DNA of 64,000 bases from an uncultured Rikenellaceae bacterium. GTDB lineage: Bacteria > Bacteroidota > Bacteroidia > Bacteroidales > VadinHA17. Position numbers and translations under genes: made by a program. The stretch is from NCBI GenBank assembly GCA_964577305.1, contig CAZNYS010000008.1, positions 12,635 through 76,634 on the forward strand, in the 5' to 3' direction. Positions 34,491 to 43,463 of the stretch are shown here, piece by piece. The notes under the pieces were generated by a model. The model did not search any database and was not told the origin of the DNA. It saw only the letters and a list, made by a program, of their open reading frames with translations. Positions within the stretch are counted from its first letter, which is position 1. Each line of letters starts with the position of its first letter.

Positions 34491-37100
34491 CTATTTATAT
34501 TCTACATTGACCGGTTCTGCTCCTTTTTCAGTTATCACATGGATAAATCCTGAAAGACTATATTCTTCGAGCCCTGTAATCCTTCTTTCATAAACATCAC
34601 ACTGATAAAAATATACTCCGGGGTTAACTATTGAACCTTTATAAGTGCCGTTCCAGTTCAACCTTGGTTCATCTGTCTGGTATACCAGCATGCCTCCCCT
34701 GTTAAAGAGTTTAAAATTAACTTTCTCCACCAGGCCTGATGTTTTGGCCCTGAGAATATCATTTTTACCGTCGTTATTTGGAGTGAATACATTTGGTATC
34801 TCATAAAAGTTGCATGAATCAACGCAAATAACAAGTGAAAGAGGACTTTCATTACCGGCATCATCGAAAGCCAGGATAGCGTAACATCCGGCAACAATTT
34901 CGCCCGGGTAATGAATATACTCAAATATGTTCCTGTCATCAAAAGTGATAAGCAGGCTCAGGTCACCATCAAAATCGCTTTTATAAAACAATCTGTAGCC
35001 GGCTATATCCTCAAAACAATCAGGATCATCAATTGACCAGGTTATATGGTTATACAGACTATCACAGTTTGTTGACACATTAAGTGAGGGTGTGCACGGT
35101 GGCTCATTATCCACAGGGATCATACAGGCTTCCTGTGAAAAATTTACCAGGTCTTGCGGTAATCCCGGACTCTGATACGAACCTGATGATCTTACGTAAT
35201 AGCAATATTCCTGCCCGTTCACCAGTCCGGTATCAGCATATTCCAGCAGGTTAGTACTGGCTATTGAATCAAATGTGGATGTAACATCATTCCACCTGAA
35301 AATATCATAGCGGTAATTCACCCATGGCACATTGCGCTTGATTATAAACCTTACCTTCCTGTCCCCCGGTGAAAGCTCAATAAACATTGAGGATGCAACC
35401 CCGGGTTCACCAACAAGGAACCTATCGCCCGGACTGTCATTATACAATTCAATCTTGTATATATATCCAAGTTCAAGTGTATTTATCTCGCTGTCAACGT
35501 AAGTGGTATCATTCAGATCGCTGGTTTGTATTGAATCGATGGGAATAAATCCATTTCCTGAATGCCCTTCTGACCGGTAAATAATATATTCATAGGGTCC
35601 TGTTGCCGGGATTGTATCCAGATGGTCCGGTTTAGACCATGCAATGAATATTTCTCCATCAGTTGAGCCTGTATTTGTAACGCTTACATTTGTTATCAGA
35701 GGGACGCCGGAAACAAGAGTTGAGTTTATTTCGTTTGATGCTTTGCTTTCGGTACCGTTAGGATAAACAGCAACTATACGGTAGGCATATTCAACCGCAT
35801 TTTCGAGACCCTCGCCTTCATTTGTATCAATAAAAGTAACTGTTGAAGCACCATCGGCAAAGCCAACTTTTTCAAATCCGTATTGAGCGGGTATACCGTT
35901 TGTACAACTATCAGGCTGAAAATTAGTTGCTGATTCCTTCCTGTAAATATTATATCCTTCCACGTAATCTGATTCATATAATTCCCAGCCCAGCCGCATA
36001 TACTTCCCTGAAGGACTGGCAGTTGTCAGAACAGGTGCCGGGCCAAGTACTTTTATTCTGAAATTATCCAGGTCTACCAGTTCAAGGTCTTCGTTATTAT
36101 CCTCTGCCTTTATAAGGACATCATAGGGTTGACCCCTGACACTTTCATGGCATGGTATCCATGTAAGGAGAGAACTGGATATGCCGGGGGCCGAACTAAT
36201 ACTGTCAAATACTGCCGGGCATTCATCAAGTATATAAATACCTGATGTAGACAGGATATTAATAAGGTCATTATCCGGGTCAGTAGCAGTAACTTCATAT
36301 TCCAGTGTATCAACTGCCTCAATACAAAAATCTCTTAAAGGTCCGTTCTCAGGCGGGTTATTATCGGTCTCATATACTTCTATCTGCATGTCCCTGACAA
36401 CTATCCCTATTTTTATACCATTGCGCCATTCATTTATTTCCATCGCTACATTATAAAAACCCAGCTGTGTGGGCGCATCCCATACAAGATCACCTGTAAT
36501 ACTGTCAACATAAAAAGCATTTGATGCTGGAGGATAGGTATAATTCTCTATTGGCTTACCATCCTCTTTGGTACAAATAGTAAGGTTATACGAGAGGCTG
36601 TCTCCGTCAGGGTCATAAGCACCAGGGTTGTGAATGAACTTATGACCCAGTGCAGCTTTATCGTAAGGCGGATTAAGTAATACAGGTGTACTGTTAAGTC
36701 CCATCCCGGGGTTTACCATGAGAACTGTGGAGATGGAAAAAACAACATTAACTGAATTCGGTATATTTACTATCCCGTAGTTCCTGTTGGGATCCTGCAC
36801 CACGATCTTATAGATCCCCGGTCCGGGGTAGGTATGCTTGATCTTGTATATATTCTTCTGGTAATAATTTGGCAACTGGCCCTTGAAGATCCTCGCGGCA
36901 GTTGATATTGTACCGTCACCCCAGTCAACATCCAGGAAATCCCTATCAGCCTGGCTGAGAACGTATGTAAAAGTAGTTATGGTTATCTCATAAGTCAGGT
37001 CCGATAGCTGCTCATAGGTTATCTCGCCAGCCCTGTTGTGTGTACCGTATGAGCTAATAACAAAAGTAAATAGCAGTACTATGGTCAGTATATACTTCAT
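34491..37100 (-). CDS. Large secreted protein with a T9SS type-B (gliding motility-associated, CHU_C) C-terminal sorting domain
   Basis: It has a signal peptide. The C-terminal ...IPNVFTPNNDGKNDIL...GTYKG...VNPGVYFY... is the characteristic CTD motif. Confidence 0.75.
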   Translation of the reverse strand: MKYILTIVLLFTFVISSYGTHNRAGEITYEQLSDLTYEITITTFTYVLSQADRDFLDVDWGDGTISTAARIFKGQLPNYYQKNIYKIKHTYPGPGIYKIVVQDPNRNYGIVNIPNSVNVVFSISTVLMVNPGMGLNSTPVLLNPPYDKAALGHKFIHNPGAYDPDGDSLSYNLTICTKEDGKPIENYTYPPASNAFYVDSITGDLVWDAPTQLGFYNVAMEINEWRNGIKIGIVVRDMQIEVYETDNNPPENGPLRDFCIEAVDTLEYEVTATDPDNDLINILSTSGIYILDECPAVFDSISSAPGISSSLLTWIPCHESVRGQPYDVLIKAEDNNEDLELVDLDNFRIKVLGPAPVLTTASPSGKYMRLGWELYESDYVEGYNIYRKESATNFQPDSCTNGIPAQYGFEKVGFADGASTVTFIDTNEGEGLENAVEYAYRIVAVYPNGTESKASNEINSTLVSGVPLITNVSVTNTGSTDGEIFIAWSKPDHLDTIPATGPYEYIIYRSEGHSGNGFIPIDSIQTSDLNDTTYVDSEINTLELGYIYKIELYNDSPGDRFLVGEPGVASSMFIELSPGDRKVRFIIKRNVPWVNYRYDIFRWNDVTSTFDSIASTNLLEYADTGLVNGQEYCYYVRSSGSYQSPGLPQDLVNFSQEACMIPVDNEPPCTPSLNVSTNCDSLYNHITWSIDDPDCFEDIAGYRLFYKSDFDGDLSLLITFDDRNIFEYIHYPGEIVAGCYAILAFDDAGNESPLSLVICVDSCNFYEIPNVFTPNNDGKNDILRAKTSGLVEKVNFKLFNRGGMLVYQTDEPRLNWNGTYKGSIVNPGVYFYQCDVYERRITGLEEYSLSGFIHVITEKGAEPVNVEYK

Positions 37101-37110
37101 TAATTTATCT

Positions 37111-37611
37111 TTATGGTATTACTTCTGCCTTAACCAAGTTAAGCTTTTCTTTTAAATAAGTACCGGAAAAACGAAAAGCAAGCTCGTTTTTTTCATCCTT
37201 ATAAATAAAAAGATTTACCTGGTCAAGATATATAGCGGTTAAAATTGTATTACTTATATCAATGCTTTTTATTTCACCCTCATATTCAACAAATAGGCGC
37301 ATTATTGTTTCAATCTCAAGTTTTTCTGTTTCCAACAATCTTGCAGTGTGTTGTTTATCGTTTATCTTAATTTTAAGTTTTTCATTTATGTAATCTTCAT
37401 ATATATCATCCGGACCCGTATAAACATGATCAGCAATGTTTTGTTCGGGCAGTTCATACAAGTTTAAAAGATCCAGCAACAGGTCATCGCTGTACATCCG
37501 TACCGTAATTCTAAATCCCTTATCCTGTGTTATATATTCCATGCTGGACATTGATACATGTACAGGATGTAACAATAATGAAAATAAGGATATTGTTAAA
37601 TACTTTATCAT
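37111..37611 (-). CDS. Small secreted hypothetical protein (possibly DUF6702-like, HPVHVS motif)
   Basis: 166 aa with an N-terminal hydrophobic segment followed by HPVHVSMSSMEY. It lies 10 nt upstream of the T9SS cargo gene. The family assignment is from memory only. Confidence 0.45.
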   Translation of the reverse strand: MIKYLTISLFSLLLHPVHVSMSSMEYITQDKGFRITVRMYSDDLLLDLLNLYELPEQNIADHVYTGPDDIYEDYINEKLKIKINDKQHTARLLETEKLEIETIMRLFVEYEGEIKSIDISNTILTAIYLDQVNLFIYKDEKNELAFRFSGTYLKEKLNLVKAEVIP

Positions 37612-37675
37612 CTTCTAACAGGAATAAATCCCAGATTAGGCATCAAAAATCAGACCAATATCAAGTGTTAATTAA

Positions 37676-39097
37676 TTAACTTACCCTCTCCTTCAGGTAC
37701 TCAACAGACCCCACTTCAATGTAGGAGGATCCGGCACCCCTGTTAAAGTTACCGGCAAGTATAATAAGTATATCATTATCTTTCAATTCATGCGCCTCCA
37801 GAAGATTCTCAAGGGCTATCTTCAGAAACATATCCGATGATTTGTGTTTTTCCTGCAGTCTGGGATAAACCCCGTAAGACAGAGCAAGTTCCCGCATGGT
37901 CCTGGCGGAATAGCACTGGGCCATAATATAATTGATTCCCCTGTAGGCTGACATATTCCTTATTGTACGCCCGCGTACTGTATCCGAAATAATACATTTT
38001 GCGCCCACTCTTGCAGCTGTCCTTACAGCAACCTTGGCAAGGTACGCAGATACTTCCCCTGTGAGTGATCCGGCGGGCAGGTCAAGGAATTTTTCCTTGT
38101 TTTTCTCCACTTCCCTGGCTACCCTGGTCATTGTTTCAACTGATTCAACGGGATATTTACCATAAGCTGTTTCGCCACTAAGCATAATTGCATCAGTCTG
38201 CCAGTAAATAGCATTTGCTATATCACTAACCTCCGCACGTGTGGGTCTCGGATTCTCAATCATTGAATGAAGCATCTGTGTGGCAACTATAACGGGTTTT
38301 CTTTTCTTTATACATTTATTAATGATCCTGCGCTGTATACCTGGAATTTTTTCGTAAGGTATCTCAATGGCCAGGTCCCCTCTTGCTACCATAATACCAT
38401 ATGAATTTTCAAGTATTTCGTTAAGATTATCAACTCCCTCCTGGTTCTCAATCTTGGCAATGATTTTTATCTGGCTGTTTTTTTCATCCAGTAGTTTCTG
38501 GACATCCTTAACATCTTCTGCCGACCTGACAAAAGAATGCGCTATAAAGTCTATATCGTTCTCAATGGCAAAATCAATATATCTTTTATCCTTTTCGCTG
38601 ATTGAAGGCAGGTTAAGTTTTACCCTGGGCACATTCACACCTTTTCTTGAGCCAAGGGAAGCATCATTAAGCACTTTACATTCAAGGGTCTGACCGTCTT
38701 TTCCTATTACCTGCAGTTCAAGTATCCCATCATCAATTAGTATGTGTGATTCCACAGGTACATCCCTCGCAAAATCAGGGTATGTTACAGCTATAACTGA
38801 TTGGTTTGTGCGTGTTTCAGGCTCACCAATAATTTTCACGTGTTCACCTTTACTGAAGCTTACAGTTCCCTCACACACAGTTGTCCTCACCTCAGGCCCT
38901 TTGGTATCGAGAAGAAAGGCAATCTTATCTGATACTTTTCTTACGTTCTCCATGACTCTAATTGTTCCCTCAATATCCTGATGTGCTGTATTTATACGTA
39001 CCACATCCATACCTGCCTTATATAATTTCCGGATAAATTCCGGTTCAGCCCTTTTATCAGAAATAGTCGCAACAATTTTAGTCCTTTTCCAGTTCAT
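37676..39097 (-). CDS. pyk: Pyruvate kinase
   Basis: 473 aa with the blocks TKIVATISD, MVARGDLAIEIP and ATQMLHSM. Confidence 0.95.
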   Translation of the reverse strand: MNWKRTKIVATISDKRAEPEFIRKLYKAGMDVVRINTAHQDIEGTIRVMENVRKVSDKIAFLLDTKGPEVRTTVCEGTVSFSKGEHVKIIGEPETRTNQSVIAVTYPDFARDVPVESHILIDDGILELQVIGKDGQTLECKVLNDASLGSRKGVNVPRVKLNLPSISEKDKRYIDFAIENDIDFIAHSFVRSAEDVKDVQKLLDEKNSQIKIIAKIENQEGVDNLNEILENSYGIMVARGDLAIEIPYEKIPGIQRRIINKCIKKRKPVIVATQMLHSMIENPRPTRAEVSDIANAIYWQTDAIMLSGETAYGKYPVESVETMTRVAREVEKNKEKFLDLPAGSLTGEVSAYLAKVAVRTAARVGAKCIISDTVRGRTIRNMSAYRGINYIMAQCYSARTMRELALSYGVYPRLQEKHKSSDMFLKIALENLLEAHELKDNDILIILAGNFNRGAGSSYIEVGSVEYLKERVS

Positions 39098-39528
39098 CTT
39101 TTATCATTTAAAATATTTAACAAAGCTTCTGTAGCAAGCCTGTACCCATCCAGGCCAAAACCGAACAAGCTTCCTTTACAGTAAGGTGCAATAAGCGATT
39201 GGTGCCTGTACTCCTCCCTGCCCAGAATATTGCTTATATGTACCTCAATAACCGGAACAGGAATAGCTGCCACGGCATCAGCAATTGATACCGATGTATG
39301 AGTAAAGCCTGCTGCATTCAGTATAATACCCTGCCCGTCACTTGCAGCCTCATGTAAGGCATTTATTAATTCCCCCTCAATGTTTGACTGAAAATATCTG
39401 AAATCGATCCCTGGATAAATCTTTTTCAAATCCTGAAGGTAATCTCCGAATTTTTTATCTCCATAAATATTCTTCTCCCTGTCACCCAGTAAATTTAAGT
39501 TGGGACCGTTTATTATTGTAATTATCAT
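39094..39528 (-). CDS. aroQ: Type II 3-dehydroquinate dehydratase
   Basis: MIITIINGPNLNLLGDRE...NAAGFTHTSVSIADA...EVHISN. The start is set at the ATG at 39528 (the track extends to 39585). There is an ATGA overlap with pyk. Confidence 0.9.
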   Translation of the reverse strand: MIITIINGPNLNLLGDREKNIYGDKKFGDYLQDLKKIYPGIDFRYFQSNIEGELINALHEAASDGQGIILNAAGFTHTSVSIADAVAAIPVPVIEVHISNILGREEYRHQSLIAPYCKGSLFGFGLDGYRLATEALLNILNDKR

Positions 39529-39552
39529 GGTAGGTTCATTACTTGTAAGTGA

Positions 39553-39560
39553 CAAAGATA
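39553..39560 (-). promoter_or_regulatory. -7 promoter box (TATCTTTG on the minus strand) for aroQ-pyk
   Basis: Exact TAnnTTTG match, 25 nt upstream of the ATG at 39528. This supports the shorter aroQ start. Confidence 0.5.
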
Positions 39561-39629
39561 ACAAATTTGACACTTGATCTCTCAAGAACAGGACTTAAAC
39601 TAAAATTTTGAACTTATGATACTTAGTGA

Positions 39630-39637
39630 TACTTTTG
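39630..39637 (+). promoter_or_regulatory. -7 promoter box TACTTTTG for xerD
   Basis: Exact TAnnTTTG match, 19 nt upstream of the ATG at 39656. It lies inside the GTG-extended ORF of the track, which argues for the ATG start. Confidence 0.5.
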
Positions 39638-39655
39638 GATAATCATAATTACAAA

Positions 39656-40558
39656 ATGAGGGAAAACTGGACAGATTGCATCAGGGAATTTAAAAACTAC
39701 CTTACAATAGAACGTTCACTGTCAGAAAACAGTATTCTCGCCTATATGCTTGATGTGAACAAGCTACGTGAATACTGTGAAAACCAGTCGCCTGCATTGA
39801 TGCCCCAGGATGTGACATTCAATCACCTGTCGGGTTTTATCAAATGGCTGGATGTTGACAACCCAAGGACGCAATCACGAATTTTATCAGGTATAAGGAG
39901 TTTCTTCAGGTATTTGATTATTGAAGGGAAAATAAGTGAAAACCCGGCCACAATGCTTGAATCACCGCGGGCCGGGACAAGGTTACCCGATGTTCTTTCT
40001 GTTGAAGAGATTGACAGGATCATCTCGGTCATTGACCTCAGCAAGCCTGAAGGGCAGAGAAATAAAGCAATTATTGAAACATTATATGGCTGTGGATTAC
40101 GTGTTTCTGAGCTTATTAACCTGAAGCTTACCGATATACACTTTGAAGAGGAATATATTACAGTTACAGGCAAAGGCAATAAACAGAGGCTTATACCGCT
40201 CAATCAAAATAATATAAAGCAGATAGAATATTATCTGCAGGACAGGAACAGGCTAAAGACAATTGTGGATCAGAATATACTCTTCCTGAACCGCCGGGGT
40301 AAAAAACTCAGTCGTATTATGATATATACTATTATCCGTGAGTTATGCAAACTGGCCGGCATCAGGAAGAAGGTCAGTCCCCATACTTTCAGACATTCAT
40401 TTGCCACCCATCTGGTACAGGCCGGTGCCGACCTGAGGGCCGTACAGGAAATGCTGGGACATGAATCTATCCTGACTACCGAGGTTTATACTCATATCGA
40501 CCGCATTTACCTGAAGGAAACCATTGGCCTTTATCATCCCAGGGCGAAGGAGAGATGA
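39656..40558 (+). CDS. xerD: Site-specific tyrosine recombinase XerD
   Basis: The C-terminal catalytic region HTFRHSFATHLVQAGADLRAVQEMLGHESILTTEVYTH is present, and it is divergent from aroQ. Confidence 0.88.
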   Translation: MRENWTDCIREFKNYLTIERSLSENSILAYMLDVNKLREYCENQSPALMPQDVTFNHLSGFIKWLDVDNPRTQSRILSGIRSFFRYLIIEGKISENPATMLESPRAGTRLPDVLSVEEIDRIISVIDLSKPEGQRNKAIIETLYGCGLRVSELINLKLTDIHFEEEYITVTGKGNKQRLIPLNQNNIKQIEYYLQDRNRLKTIVDQNILFLNRRGKKLSRIMIYTIIRELCKLAGIRKKVSPHTFRHSFATHLVQAGADLRAVQEMLGHESILTTEVYTHIDRIYLKETIGLYHPRAKER

Positions 40559-40694
40559 GTCCGCCTCCGCCGAGGCTACTGCGGACAATGCATGGGGCAA
40601 TTGAGACGGACTCCGGTCTGAAACCATGCAAAAGCTTTTCTTTTTTGAACAATTTTCACTTTAAATGACTTATAGAATAAAAGGAGGACAATAA

Positions 40695-41951
40695 ATGGAA
40701 TACATAAGGGATTTTCTTAATGAGCTGTATTTCATAACAACAGAGATGGCTCCCTACCTTCTGCTGGGATTCTTCTTCGCTGGTATATTATATCTGCTTT
40801 TCCCAAAGAAACGGGTGCAGCAATATATGGGACGAAACAGGAATAGTGCCATTGTTAATGCAACCATACTGGGTATTCCCCTACCCCTTTGCAGTTGTGG
40901 TGTGATACCAACCGGTTTATCATTTTACAGGAATGGTGCTTCCAGGGGCTCAACGGTGTCATTTCTTATTTCAACACCTCAGACCGGGATTGATTCAATA
41001 CTGGTAACCTACTCCATGCTGGGACTTCCCTTCGCACTCATCAGGCCCTTCGTTGCCCTTGTAACTGGAATATCGGGAGGTTTCCTGACCAACAGGCTTA
41101 CCAGGAAAGAAAAAGAAGAGCAGGTTATGGGAGCTTCTGATAACAACACCCTTCCTTCAGGTTTCTTTCCAAGGGTAAAAGCCATGTTCCGCTATTCTTT
41201 TGTTGAATTTCTGCAGGATATAATGGGATGGCTTATTATCGGGTTGCTGATAGCTGCGCTGATAGCTGTTTTTGTCCCTGACGATTTTTTTGCCGGCAGG
41301 GCAAGCAATGATATACTCGAAATGTTTGTAATACTTATTGCAGCCATACCTGTATATATCTGCGCCACTGCCTCTGTTCCGATAGCTGCAGTATTAATGC
41401 TTAAAGGTCTGAGTCCGGGTGCTGCCCTTGTATTGCTTATGGCAGGTCCTGCAACAAATGCTGCAACCATTACCATGATAGGTAAAGTGATGGGCAGGAA
41501 AAGCCTTGTCAGTTACCTGGTATCAATTATCTCAGGTGCAATAATTTTTGGATTCCTGATAAACACCTTATTACCGGAAAGATGGTTTGTGCTGCCCCAG
41601 CAAATGATGTCACATGACCACGAGATGTTACCCGCATGGCTGAGCATAGGGTCTGCAGTAGTACTGGTATTATTAATAATCAATGGATATATGAAAAGAT
41701 TTTTGGGAAGGAATAAAGATAAAACGACAGGTAAATCCCCGGTAACAGGGCCGGGTGTTATCACAATGAATGTCAAAGGAATGACATGTAACCACTGCAG
41801 GCAGACCGTTGAGAATGCGACTGCCTCTGTTGATGGTGTTGAATCTGCGACAGCTGATCTAGCCAGGGGTAGTCTTTCTATCAGTGGTAAAGATTACGAC
41901 CTTGAAAAGATTAAATCAAATATCCGGGCTGTAGGATACGAGGTCGAATGA
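40695..41951 (+). CDS. Metal permease (DUF318 / SO_0444-type) fused to a C-terminal heavy-metal-associated (HMA) domain
   Basis: Polytopic membrane ORF with PLCSCGVIP. The C-terminal domain has GMTCNHCRQTVENA. The canonical SD AAGGAGGA lies 6 nt before the ATG. Confidence 0.75.
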   Translation: MEYIRDFLNELYFITTEMAPYLLLGFFFAGILYLLFPKKRVQQYMGRNRNSAIVNATILGIPLPLCSCGVIPTGLSFYRNGASRGSTVSFLISTPQTGIDSILVTYSMLGLPFALIRPFVALVTGISGGFLTNRLTRKEKEEQVMGASDNNTLPSGFFPRVKAMFRYSFVEFLQDIMGWLIIGLLIAALIAVFVPDDFFAGRASNDILEMFVILIAAIPVYICATASVPIAAVLMLKGLSPGAALVLLMAGPATNAATITMIGKVMGRKSLVSYLVSIISGAIIFGFLINTLLPERWFVLPQQMMSHDHEMLPAWLSIGSAVVLVLLIINGYMKRFLGRNKDKTTGKSPVTGPGVITMNVKGMTCNHCRQTVENATASVDGVESATADLARGSLSISGKDYDLEKIKSNIRAVGYEVE

Positions 41952-41957
41952 TAGTTA

Positions 41958-42015
41958 TGAATATCGAATAATGAATATCGAACGCTGAATGATGAAGAAG
42001 ATGCTGGATGATTCT
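41958..42015. repeat. Short-period tandem repeat arm (2 x TGAATATCGAAnnn, then TGAATGA TGAAGAAGA TGCTGGA TGATTC)
   Basis: Read directly. It starts 7 nt after the permease stop. GAATATCGAA is the reverse complement of TTCGATATTC in the 42111..42143 arm. Confidence 0.7.
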
Positions 42016-42110
42016 TGCTGAAATGGTCCTTGTAGTTTTCATATTTAATTTTATTCTACACAACTACCTATCCTAACCCCTAGCTATGACCTTTATGGTT
42101 GTCAATCCTT

Positions 42111-42143
42111 CTCGATATTCGATATTCGATATTCACATCTTCG
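42111..42143. repeat. Heptamer tandem repeat arm (CGATATT x3), inverted relative to 41958..42015
   Basis: The sequence ctCGATATTCGATATTCGATATTcacatcttcg is read directly. Confidence 0.7.
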
Positions 42144-42300
42144 TTTCTTTGTACCCTGGGGAATATAGTTGTTGGTATTTAAGTTATATAATAGAGATGA
42201 GTTATAAATAATATGAGTGTTTACAATATTCTGAGCTATGTAACTCTTGATTTACGGTCAAATATCGTAACTTGAATACATATATTGATTTAACCTTCTC

Positions 42301-43350
42301 ATGATTGCATTAAAAATTATTCTGATTACACTTGGTGTTCTTATAGCCATCATACTTTCTTACCTGACAACTATAATATTCTTCCCGGTTCTGAAAATAA
42401 AGGACCAGGCTTTGGAAATAAGTAAAAATAATGGAAATGCAACTACTCCTCCCCCTGAATGCAGGTATGATGTTACAATTAAATCTGAAGGTGTTAATCT
42501 AAGTGCCTGGCTCTATTTGCCTGAAAATATTTCAGGCACTCTGCCCTGCATAATTATGAGCAATGGCTTCGGTGGAACAAAAGATATGATTCTGGAGCAA
42601 TATGCATTACGATTTGTAGGTGAAGGTTTTGCTGTAATAAATTATGATTATCGCCATTTTGGAGCTAGTGAAGGAACACCCCGTCAGAATTTTAATATGT
42701 TTAAACAGATTGAAGATCTTAAATCTGTAATATCATTTGCACGAAGACATAATGACATAGATGAGAAAAAAATTGCATTATGGGGTACCTCTGCTGCAGG
42801 AGGATATGGATTGATAATAGCCGCTGAAGACAAAGAGATTGCATGTGTTATAGCGCAGTGTCCGGCACTCGACAGCAGGGAAGATGGTAAGCTGGCACTG
42901 GAAAGAGAAGGTCTGGGATTTTTTCTACGACTGTTTATGCATGCACAACGTGATAAGGGACGTTCAAGATTCAGGTTATCCCCACATATGGTACCTATAG
43001 TAGGCAAACCCGGCACAATGGCTTTTATCAGAGCACCTGGTGCATTTGAAGGTTATTCATCTTTGTCAAATAGAGGATTTATAAACAGAGTCTGTGCTCG
43101 TGCCTTATTGAACACTAACAATTATAACCCCATTAATTTCGCTGACAAGGTTGAATGCCCAGTACTTCTCTGTATTTGCAGGGATGATAATCTGGTATCA
43201 GAAAAATCATATAAAAGTACTGCAGATATCCTGGGAGATAAGTCAACAGTGATGGTTTATCCAATAGGTCATTTTGATATCTACAAAGGAGAAAATTTTG
43301 AAAAAGTTGTAAATGACCAGATAGATTTTCTGAAGCGAAATCTTTCATGA
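42301..43350 (+). CDS. Membrane-anchored alpha/beta-fold hydrolase
   Basis: It has an N-terminal TM helix and the nucleophile elbow GTSAAGG. Length is 349 aa. Confidence 0.7.
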   Translation: MIALKIILITLGVLIAIILSYLTTIIFFPVLKIKDQALEISKNNGNATTPPPECRYDVTIKSEGVNLSAWLYLPENISGTLPCIIMSNGFGGTKDMILEQYALRFVGEGFAVINYDYRHFGASEGTPRQNFNMFKQIEDLKSVISFARRHNDIDEKKIALWGTSAAGGYGLIIAAEDKEIACVIAQCPALDSREDGKLALEREGLGFFLRLFMHAQRDKGRSRFRLSPHMVPIVGKPGTMAFIRAPGAFEGYSSLSNRGFINRVCARALLNTNNYNPINFADKVECPVLLCICRDDNLVSEKSYKSTADILGDKSTVMVYPIGHFDIYKGENFEKVVNDQIDFLKRNLS

Positions 43351-43463
43351 GTTAATCATTAGATGTATCTTTTGCCTGATTAAGATTTAAGCCCAGCATT
43401 TGAAGTACCTATTTTGAACCAATGCCCCCCTACACAAATACTAAAATCTTAAATCGTTGATCT

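Noticed and set aside
39656-40558. Tyrosine recombinase as a possible marker of an integrated mobile element
   Set aside because: The sequence and its divergent pairing with aroQ fit the housekeeping XerD. There are no flanking att-like repeats, tRNA, transposase or phage genes, and the neighbours are core metabolism.
40559-40619. GC-rich stretch after xerD with two hairpins (GTCCGC-N16-GCGGAC and AGACGG-ACT-CC(G)GTCT)
   Set aside because: The stems are short or bulged and have no U-tract, and I recognise no similarity to other parts of the window. It may be a weak xerD terminator, but that is not enough to call an RNA gene. The overlapping 76-aa minus ORF (40397..40627) looks spurious.
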